From positions 1 to 64,000 of IMG/VR virus record IMGVR_UViG_3300027969_000082: a stretch of DNA of 64,000 nucleotides; one strand, 5' to 3'. The notes under the pieces were generated by a model. The model searched no databases. It worked only from the letters and a program-made list of their open reading frames with translations, and had not been told where the DNA came from. Both the position numbers and the translations under genes were made by a program. Source of the stretch: a virus. Position 1 is the first letter of the stretch. Each line of letters starts with the position of its first letter. This document shows positions 1-8,500 of the stretch, one piece after another.

Positions 1-153
1 CCTGGCGCATACCCTACACCAATTTATGAACACCTGATGAATAGTCGCGGTGGTTATAACAGCTTACGCATAGCGCAAGAGGTTAAAGGTGACCCTAAAG
101 CACAGAAATATCTCAAAGAGAGCTTATTAGGTATAATAAGCAAACTCCAATAA
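1..153 (+). CDS. gp21: Prohead core protease, C-terminal fragment (T4 gp21-like), partial at window edge
   Basis: Frame 1 reads PGAYPTPIYEHLMNSRGG...IISKLQ*, matching the tail of the PSAPxAY motif of T4-like prohead proteases; lies directly upstream of scaffold and capsid genes. Confidence 0.75.
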   Translation, partial: PGAYPTPIYEHLMNSRGGYNSLRIAQEVKGDPKAQKYLKESLLGIISKLQ

Positions 154-166
154 AGAGGAGAATCAC

Positions 167-1261
167 ATGTTGGACGCACTAAAGAATTTGTTTGAAAATA
201 ATGTGATTTCGGAAGAGATCCAAGAATCTATTGAGAAAGCCTGGGAAGCTCGCATCGTCGAGAATCGCACCCAAGTTACTCAACAACTACGTGAAGAATT
301 CGCTCAACGCTATGAACATGACAAACAAGTTATGGTCGAAGCAATTGATCGTATGTTGGGAGACCAACTACGTGAAGAGATTTCACAATTTGTAGAAGAT
401 CGTAATCAATTAGCAGAAGCTAAAGCACGTTATACAGTAAAAATGCATAACGATGCACAGTTAATGAAAGAGTTTGTTACTCGTCAATTAGCTAGCGAAG
501 TTAAAGAATTACACGAAGATCAAGTACAAATGGCTTCTAAGTTTCACACACTTGAGAAGTTTGTAGTAGAAGCATTGGCTCAAGAAATCGCAGAATTCCA
601 TACAGACAAGCAAGACATTGCAAAAACTAAGGTACGTTTGGTACGCGAAGGCCGTCAGGCTCTAGCTAAGATGAAGGAACAATTTATTGTCCGTGCCGCT
701 AAACTTGTCGAATCTACAGTTGAAAAGACTCTAAACAAAGAGATTGGTCAATTGAAAGAAGACATCGAAGCTGCAAGACGCAACGACTTTGGTCGTAAGT
801 TGTTCGAAGCATACGCTAGCGAATATCAAAACAGTTATCTAAACGAAAAATCAGAAACAGCTAAATTGCTCAAAGTCATAGACAAGAAAGATTTACAAGT
901 TGCCGAAGCTCATCACGCTGTAGCACAAGTAACTAAAGTCCTAGAAAGCAAAGAAGCACAAGTTAAAGCTCTAATGGAGAGCAAAGAACGTCAAGAAATC
1001 ATGAACGAACTAGTAGCACCGTTGGCTAACACCCAAAAAGCTATTATGATAGAATTACTTGAAAGTGTACAGACCGCAAAATTACGTAATAGTTTTGACA
1101 AGTACATTCCGGCAGTCATTGCTGGCGAAGCTCCACAGAAGAAGAAGGCACTAGTAGAGGCAAAAGAAGTCACAGGCAACAAAGAAACCCACAGCGTCGG
1201 TAGCAGCGAGCACGAAAGCAACATTTTCAACATGCGTCGTCTTGCTGGAATTAAACATTAA
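167..1261 (+). CDS. gp22: Prohead core scaffolding protein (T4 gp22-like)
   Basis: 364 aa, E/K-rich coiled coil with many L/I-x-E sites; between protease and capsid; RBS GAGGAG. Confidence 0.8.
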   Translation: MLDALKNLFENNVISEEIQESIEKAWEARIVENRTQVTQQLREEFAQRYEHDKQVMVEAIDRMLGDQLREEISQFVEDRNQLAEAKARYTVKMHNDAQLMKEFVTRQLASEVKELHEDQVQMASKFHTLEKFVVEALAQEIAEFHTDKQDIAKTKVRLVREGRQALAKMKEQFIVRAAKLVESTVEKTLNKEIGQLKEDIEAARRNDFGRKLFEAYASEYQNSYLNEKSETAKLLKVIDKKDLQVAEAHHAVAQVTKVLESKEAQVKALMESKERQEIMNELVAPLANTQKAIMIELLESVQTAKLRNSFDKYIPAVIAGEAPQKKKALVEAKEVTGNKETHSVGSSEHESNIFNMRRLAGIKH

Positions 1262-1275
1262 TTAGGAGAAAATAA

Positions 1276-2445
1276 ATGTCAGAACTACTAACAGGCCGTT
1301 GGGCAGAAACAAAAGAAGCACTTCTTGAAGGCCTTCAAGGCACTAAGAGATCTGTAATGGCATCTACACTAGAGAACACACGTAAGTATCTAGCTGAGAG
1401 TGCAAGCACAGGTGCTACTTCTGCCGGAAACGTCGCAACATTAAATCGTGTGATCCTTCCAGTGATCAGACGTGTCATGCCAACAGTTATTGCTAACGAG
1501 TTGGTCGGTGTACAACCAATGACTGGTCCAGTTGGTCAAATCCATACGCTACGTGTTCGCTACAGCGATACACTAAGCGGTACATATGGTGCTACTGCTG
1601 GTGAAGAAGCATTAAGCCCGTTCAAGATTGCAGAAGGCTATTCTGCTAACAATGGCGCTGCTGCTACTGCTGCATCAACTGCATCCTTAGAAGGTGCTGC
1701 TGGTAAGCGTATGAGCATCCAGATCTTGAAACAAACAGTTGAAGCTAAGACACGTAAGTTGTCAGCTCGCTGGACATTTGAAGCTGCTCAAGATGCACAA
1801 GCCCAACAAGGTATTGACATCGAAGCAGAAATCATGGCTGCTCTTGCACAAGAGATCACAGCTGAGATTGACCAAGAAGTTCTTGGTTCTTTAGCAACTT
1901 TAGCTGGTTCACAGAACTTGCAGGCTTATAACCAAGCTGCTGTTTCTGGTACTGCTACTTTCGTTGGTGATGAACATGCTGCTCTTGCAGTTATGATCAA
2001 CCGCGTTGCTAACACAATCGCCCAACGCACACGTCGTGGTGCAGGTAACTGGGCAGTTGTAAGCCCAACAGCATTGACAGTTCTTCAGTCTGCTACTACA
2101 AGCGCATTTGCTCGTACAACAGAAGGCACATTCGAAGCACCTACAAACACTAAGTTTGTTGGTACATTGAACAATGCTATGAAGATCTATGTAAACACTT
2201 ATGCAACATCTGATGATGTATTAGTTGGTTACAAAGGTGCTAACGAGTCTGATGCAGCAGCATTCTATTGCCCATACATTCCATTGATGAGCAGTGGTGT
2301 TGTTCTAGATCCAGCAACATTCGAACCAGTCGTATCATTCATGACACGTTATGGTTATGTAGAGTTAAGCAACACTGCTTCTTCTCTAGGTAATGCAGCT
2401 GACTATCTAGGTAAAGTTACATTAGCTGGTCTAGCATTTAGTTAA
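1276..2445 (+). CDS. gp23: Major capsid protein (T4 gp23 family)
   Basis: Motifs LPVIRRVMPTVIANELVGVQPMTGPVGQI, VEAKTRKLSARWTFEAAQD, AFYCPYIPL, FMTRYG; likely maturation site YLAE|S. Confidence 0.97.
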   Translation: MSELLTGRWAETKEALLEGLQGTKRSVMASTLENTRKYLAESASTGATSAGNVATLNRVILPVIRRVMPTVIANELVGVQPMTGPVGQIHTLRVRYSDTLSGTYGATAGEEALSPFKIAEGYSANNGAAATAASTASLEGAAGKRMSIQILKQTVEAKTRKLSARWTFEAAQDAQAQQGIDIEAEIMAALAQEITAEIDQEVLGSLATLAGSQNLQAYNQAAVSGTATFVGDEHAALAVMINRVANTIAQRTRRGAGNWAVVSPTALTVLQSATTSAFARTTEGTFEAPTNTKFVGTLNNAMKIYVNTYATSDDVLVGYKGANESDAAAFYCPYIPLMSSGVVLDPATFEPVVSFMTRYGYVELSNTASSLGNAADYLGKVTLAGLAFS

Positions 2446-2472
2446 TCAGTACATACAGTTTTTTACTGTAAT

Positions 2473-2498
2473 GAAAGGCTTCTTCGGAAGCCTTTCTT
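2473..2498 (+). terminator. Hairpin/intrinsic terminator after capsid gene
   Basis: GAAAGGCTTC-TTCG-GAAGCCTTTC: 10-bp perfect stem with C(UUCG)G tetraloop; weak U-tract. Confidence 0.75.
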
Positions 2499-2507
2499 AC
2501 GAACGGA

Positions 2508-2513
2508 TAAATA
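2508..2513 (+). promoter_or_regulatory. T4-like late promoter core (TAAATA)
   Basis: GATAAATA just after the terminator; the same core recurs before most structural genes. Confidence 0.7.
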
Positions 2514-2521
2514 CTTTGTAT

Positions 2522-2581
2522 GATTTACAATGGTGTAGATCTTATGCGGAAATCCAACCGCGTACAGCCTAGAACGCTGTA
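2522..2581 (+). ncRNA. Candidate structured 5' leader RNA (three tandem hairpins)
   Basis: GATTTACA/TGTAGATC, TATGCGG/CCGCGTA and TACAGC/GCTGTA stems between promoter and RBS AAGGAG. Confidence 0.5.
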
Positions 2582-2602
2582 ATTTCTTAAGGAGAAAATA
2601 AA

Positions 2603-3544
2603 ATGGGACGTCCTTTAAACAAAAAATATTTTGGTAACCGCAACGTTGGTTCATCAAGCACAACTGCTGATGATGGGTTAGGCGGTAACAGAGTTGCGAG
2701 TATCACTATTGATACTCCAGGCTCATATACAAGTGCTACAACAGTTACTATTTCTGCACCAGATTTAGCAGGTGCCGGTGCTGTACAAGCAACAGGTAGT
2801 ATCGTATACGAAGTACTAAGTGCTACTATTAGTGGTGGTACTGGTTACGGTAATGCACAAACATTTAGCTTAACTGTTACAACAGCAGCTGGTTCAGCAG
2901 TTTTAAACGTAACATCTACAGCAGGTGGAGCAATTACAACAGTTAACAGTATTACAACACGGGGCACATTTACTGGTATTTCAGCAGTAACTGGCATCAG
3001 TGGTGGTACTGGTACAGGAGCAACTCCTGTTTTAACATACCGGGTTAAGAGCATTACAATTACAGAACCTGGTTCTGGTTATACTAACGCAGCCGATGCA
3101 GCAGTTACATTTGGCGCAGGTGCAGCCGCTGGTACAGCAGTATTAGAATCAGACGGTCAGAACTATGGTAATCAAAATCCATCTGGAACAAATGAAAATT
3201 CTGTAGTTGCTTATGCTTACCACACAGGCGGTAGCTTACTACGTGGCGATATTGTTAAGCAAGTATCAAAAGATCGTTACAAAGTTGAAAATGCAACTAC
3301 TACAGCTATTGCAAAATTAAAATCAACAATTGCTAATGCAGCAGGTGAAATGAATATTGTAGCAACAGATGCAAGTGGCGGTACATATTATGTAACTAAG
3401 CTAACTGCTCGCAGAGCTACTCTTGTTCCAGCAGCAGTTGCACGTTTAAGTACAAGTGCTGGCAGCACATATTCTTCAGGACAAAGTGCTCCATGGTCGT
3501 TCTCAGCAGCGTCCGGTTCAGTAGTTCGGATTGAAAACGCTTAA
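2603..3544 (+). CDS. Virion structural protein (possible head decoration/fibre protein)
   Basis: 313 aa, G/T/A/S-rich beta-type with ITxPGSGYT-like motifs; strong RBS; immediately after capsid. Confidence 0.6.
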   Translation: MGRPLNKKYFGNRNVGSSSTTADDGLGGNRVASITIDTPGSYTSATTVTISAPDLAGAGAVQATGSIVYEVLSATISGGTGYGNAQTFSLTVTTAAGSAVLNVTSTAGGAITTVNSITTRGTFTGISAVTGISGGTGTGATPVLTYRVKSITITEPGSGYTNAADAAVTFGAGAAAGTAVLESDGQNYGNQNPSGTNENSVVAYAYHTGGSLLRGDIVKQVSKDRYKVENATTTAIAKLKSTIANAAGEMNIVATDASGGTYYVTKLTARRATLVPAAVARLSTSAGSTYSSGQSAPWSFSAASGSVVRIENA

Positions 3545-3552
3545 TTAGGAAT

Positions 3553-3568
3553 GGGGACTTAGGTCCCC
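3553..3568 (+). promoter_or_regulatory. GC-rich intergenic hairpin
   Basis: GGGGAC-TTAG-GTCCCC, no U-tract; sits just before the next RBS. Confidence 0.45.
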
Positions 3569-3583
3569 TACTAAGGATAATAG

Positions 3584-4645
3584 ATGTCAAAGATATTAAA
3601 AATTACCGATGGAAACTATAAAGTTCAAACTGGCTATGCTGGTACTATAACATTAGATACCGGGCCTCAAGCTGGCGCTGTTGTTATTACAGGAAGCCTA
3701 GTAGTCAACGGTGATTATACTATTGTTGAATCTGAAACGTTAACGGTCAAAGACCAACTTATTGAACTTAACGTAGGTGAACCTGGACCAGGTGTAACAA
3801 GTAAACCAACTGATAGTAGTCAGTCTTCGGGCATTCGTATTAACCGCGGTGCAGATAATACTCCTGCTAGTAGAGATGTTCTAATAGTGTTTAAAGAACA
3901 AGAACCTGGATTTCCGCCAGCGGCAATAACTGGCAGAGGTACTATTCAATTTAAATATTCTAATGGTGACCCGGTAGCAATCAGCACTAACAGTATTACA
4001 GTACCTAGTAATGGAAATCTTGGATTAATCAATGCAGGTAACGGATATGTTACTGTTTCTGGAACAACAAATTACGAAGAAAACGCATTTAACTATACTG
4101 CCTGGCTTCTTGCTGGTAGTCCGCGCCCAGCATATGCCTCTGGCGCCGCATTAATAACAACACGTGACGATGATATTATACCAAACTCAAAAGCACTGAA
4201 AGATTATGTTGACTCGTCACTTTACTATTATAGAACTCCGTTAATATTGGAAGGCGACACTAGCGTACAAACATATGATGATTCTGCAGGTCATTCACCT
4301 AGTAGAATTGAATTTAAAGTTAACAATGCTCTGCGAGGAAAGTTTATTGACACTGGATTAGATGTTGACTACGTTAATATTTTTACCAATACGATCAATA
4401 ACGCAACAAACAATTTAGTATTAACTTCAACGGCTGCTGCTAAAATTGTTGAAGTTAACGCTGTATTACAATTAAATGATACTGGCCTTGGCCCAACAGC
4501 GATAACTGGTTCAACTAAAATATATACGCAAGATTCAAATACTACGCCGGGACCGGGCAAAACAGGTATATATTTTACCAGTTTAGGAAATTCAGATGAA
4601 CTAGTTGCTAAGAATAGAGCACTATTGTTTAGCATACTATTTTAA
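3584..4645 (+). CDS. Fibre-like virion structural protein
   Basis: 353 aa; ITGSLVVNG...TLTVKDQLIELN and IPNSKALKDYVD motifs typical of phage fibres; hydrophobic C-terminus ALLFSILF. Confidence 0.65.
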   Translation: MSKILKITDGNYKVQTGYAGTITLDTGPQAGAVVITGSLVVNGDYTIVESETLTVKDQLIELNVGEPGPGVTSKPTDSSQSSGIRINRGADNTPASRDVLIVFKEQEPGFPPAAITGRGTIQFKYSNGDPVAISTNSITVPSNGNLGLINAGNGYVTVSGTTNYEENAFNYTAWLLAGSPRPAYASGAALITTRDDDIIPNSKALKDYVDSSLYYYRTPLILEGDTSVQTYDDSAGHSPSRIEFKVNNALRGKFIDTGLDVDYVNIFTNTINNATNNLVLTSTAAAKIVEVNAVLQLNDTGLGPTAITGSTKIYTQDSNTTPGPGKTGIYFTSLGNSDELVAKNRALLFSILF

Positions 4646-4654
4646 GGAAAGAAC

Positions 4655-4987
4655 ATGGCAATCAAGAATACAGCAATTCCAGCAATAACAGATACATCAA
4701 TTTATACTAGCACTGGCGTTAATGCCATTACAACTATCATTGTATGTAATACTAATACAACTCCTACTACTGGAGATAGAACATTAACTCTATATGCAGT
4801 TGAAAATGATGCAGGTGATGTTGGTACTCCGGCAACTGGAAACATGATTGTACAAACACTAACAATTCCAGCTGGAGATACAATAAGTTTTGACCAAGAA
4901 AAAATGGTGTTAATCAACAACGATGCTATTTTTGCTTTTGCTAGTGATACTGGATTAACAGCAACAGTAAGTACATTACCGGTATAA
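4655..4987 (+). CDS. Small beta-rich virion protein (paralogue family with 19248, 38663, 39991)
   Basis: 110 aa; TSIYT...IIVCN...IPAGDT...EKMVL pattern shared with paralogues. Confidence 0.6.
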   Translation: MAIKNTAIPAITDTSIYTSTGVNAITTIIVCNTNTTPTTGDRTLTLYAVENDAGDVGTPATGNMIVQTLTIPAGDTISFDQEKMVLINNDAIFAFASDTGLTATVSTLPV

Positions 4988-4991
4988 GATA

Positions 4992-5525
4992 ATGAGATTT
5001 CTAAAAACGTTAACACTTAATCGTAGAGCAATATATGATAGTCGTGTTGTCTTAAACACTGACAATACGTTTACGGTTGCTGATAGCACTGCTATGATTG
5101 TACCAAAAAGTCAAAGTTCGTTAGCGGCCGTTCAGACCAACGGAATGATACGTTATAATACAGACACTAATCAATTTGAAGGCCGCCAAGATAATGTGTG
5201 GCGCGAATTTAGATTTAAAGAACCTACTGCTATGACAGTACAATATCTTGGCGTAGGTGATGATGTTGAAGTCGATTTTGGACCATTAACACCTGATCCG
5301 TACACACAGTATACTACTATTGAAAGCGGTACAACATGGAACGCTGTACAGATGGCTCAAAATTTATTAGTCATTAATGAAACTGTTTGGCAAATTGGTG
5401 GCTACGACTTTACAGTTATACAAAAACCCCCGGCTCTCGGTCTTGACCCTGCAACATATATTAGATTCAATATCGCTATTGGTACAGGACGTCCAGTCTA
5501 CGTTATACACAACACTGGAAGATAA
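4992..5525 (+). CDS. Virion structural protein
   Basis: 177 aa; GMIRYNTDTNQFEG fibre motif, also seen in the C-termini of the two following giant fibres. Confidence 0.6.
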   Translation: MRFLKTLTLNRRAIYDSRVVLNTDNTFTVADSTAMIVPKSQSSLAAVQTNGMIRYNTDTNQFEGRQDNVWREFRFKEPTAMTVQYLGVGDDVEVDFGPLTPDPYTQYTTIESGTTWNAVQMAQNLLVINETVWQIGGYDFTVIQKPPALGLDPATYIRFNIAIGTGRPVYVIHNTGR

Positions 5526-5534
5526 AAACCTCGC

Positions 5535-5540
5535 TAAATA
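5535..5540 (+). promoter_or_regulatory. Late promoter core TAAATA
   Basis: GCTAAATA upstream of RBS GGAG and ATG 5558. Confidence 0.65.
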
Positions 5541-5557
5541 GTGTATCGGAGCACTAA

Positions 5558-8500
5558 ATGGCGAACAATCTCGGAAGAATTTCCGGTCAACTTTTAAAAG
5601 ATAACCTTACTCGTAACGGCCATGATCTTTCATTTCATGCTGCTCTACTTACAGGTGACGACCCAGTATTAAAACTTAACGTAACTAATCGTTATGTTAG
5701 CATCAACACTGATTCTACTTCTAAGGATCTGTTTGTCAACAGCGTAACCAATACTGATGATTTAATATCAGTTAACGGGCTACAAGGCAAATCATCATTG
5801 AAAGTAAGCATTAGTGGAAACACTATTGTTTCCACACAAGATCTTAATCTTTCCGCAGCTACTCAAGTAAATGCAAACATTATTGATACTGATAATATAC
5901 GCATTGACGGCCGTGTAATATCAACTACAACTCTTAATACAAATTTAGACCTTAGCCCAGCAGGGTCGTTAGAAATTTATAATGACCTAAACGTTACTGG
6001 CAATTTATGGGCAAAAGAAACCGCTCCTGGTAATGGAACAGGTAAAATTATCTTAGACGGTAATATTACATTTGGTAGCACAGATCAATCTGGCGCGAAT
6101 GCAGATACTATTTCTTTTGCCGCTGACATTAACACCGACATTAATCCTAATTTAAATGCAACCTATAGATTAGGTTCAAACACACGAACATGGGACGGAT
6201 TATATACTGAATTAATTAACGGCGAACAAGCGTCAACTCTGGGTTTATTATCTAGTGGAGTCAATCTAGTATTACGTCCTGGAAAAATTTGGTATGTTGC
6301 TACTAACGGCCTAGACTCGAACGTTGGAAATCATCAAAGTAGTGCGTTTGCAACAATTAAACATGCTCTTAATGAAGCGCAGTCGGGAGATACTGTTCAC
6401 ATCTATCCAGGAACATATACTGAAATAACTCCACTAGTAGTAAAACAAGGAGTAACTGTTAAAGGTACCGGCATTCGTTCAGTAACAGTACAGCCTACGG
6501 TTCCTACACAGTCAAACAATGCGTTTTTACTCAACGGTGAAACAACTGTTAGCGATTTATCTGTTAAAGATTTTTATGCTCCGGGATGTGCATTTAGTTT
6601 TGCTCCTGGATTTACAGTTTCTACTCGTAGTCCATATGTACAAAATATAACAGTAATTACAAAAGGTAGTGTTATTAGTCCAACAGATCCTCGCGGGTTT
6701 GACGAAGGCGATGCAGGTGGCGGAGCCCGTGTTGACGGAAGCCTAGCAACATCAGCTAGTAAAGAAGCTAGTATGTTGTTCCACAGTGTAACATTTATTA
6801 CACCAGGTGTAGATGCTCTAGTAATGACTAACGGTGTTCGTGTAGAGTGGTTGAATTCATTTACCTACTTTGCCAACAGAGGCATGTATGCTACTAATGG
6901 TACACTTGGACTAGCAAGCCTAGGTGTTAGATTTGGCGCTGAGATTCGAAGCATTGGTTCAGCAAACGTCTACGGTAACTACGGTGTAGAAGCCAACGGT
7001 GCAAGTACACTAATGTACTTGATACAACATAATTTTGCCTACATTGGCGCAGGCAAAGATGTTACTAATGATCCTAGTTCGAACATTGCTGCTAACGAAA
7101 CTGTTGAACTAGCTAGTGGTAAAATCTACTATCAAAGTTTAGATAATCGAGGTAACTTTAAAGTTGGCGATGCATTTGGAGTTAGTTTTGATACTGGACT
7201 AGTAACTATCAATGGAGTATCAGTATCTGCTGGCGGAGTGTCGTCAATTAACTTTGCAAACGGTACAGCTGAAACAGTTATTGATGCTGGACAAGTAACC
7301 ACTGGCAACATTAACTTTAGTGGTAATCTACTAACAACATTATCGGGTGCTGTTAATTTAGACAGCGGCACTAATGAGATTAATTTAAACGCCAATACAT
7401 CTGTAACTAATAATTTAGATATTATTGGCAACCTTAGTACCGATGGCACATTAACTATTGGCAATGCATATATTGACATTGTTAGATTTACTGCTCCTGT
7501 AGAATTTGCCCTACGTCCTAAAACAGATGATGACTTTACACTAGGCGGCCCAACAAATAAAAGATGGGATAAAGTTTATCTTGACACTTCATACATTGGC
7601 AGTTACAAATTAGATAATGCTACAATTTCTACACTACCTACAAATGCAGACATTGAGTTAAGAGCAAATAGTACTGGTAAAATTTACATACCTACTAACA
7701 ATGTTAGAATTGTTAACAATCTAACAGTTAATGGAATAACAAATTTTGGTGACAGTGCATTAACTGCTGCCGCTACTGTAACCGGCACAATAGATCATAC
7801 AGGGCTACTAGATAGAACTGGTGATACTGGACAAACAGGAACTTACAATCAAACTGGCTATATTGATGTAAGTAGCGATGTACAAATTGCCAACGTAACA
7901 TTTATAGACAATACTATTAGCACAGTTACATTGGATTCAAATTTAGAGTTAGGTGCAGCAAGTACGGGCAAGATATTAATTCCGTCTGCAAATGTAAAAA
8001 TAGATCATAATTTAGTTGTTACAAGCGATATTCATGCAGGGTCTGTAGGTGTTAGTACAGATATAACGACTGATTTGTATTCTAATGGCAACATTGAAAT
8101 TAGTTTAGATCTTATCACTACTACCTTAATTGACAGTGATTTAGAATTCCGTGCAGCAGGTACTGGTAAAGTTTATGCAAGTCAAGACAGCGTTAAGTTT
8201 GATCAAGATCTAACAGTAGACGGAATTACTGCATTAAGAACTACAAATATAACTGGTACCTTAACTCAATATGGAGATTATCTGCAAACAGGTAATACTC
8301 TACAAACTGGTAATAGAGGGATATCATCTACATTAGATGTAGACATCAATGCTTACTTTGACAGTATGTCATTTGTTAATAATGTTATAACAACTACTGA
8401 CGCCGACACTGACTTAAAATTAAAAGCTGCTCTAACTGGCATCATTGATATCAATGACAATGCTACCTTTGATCAAAACTTAAGAGTTAACAGCACAACC

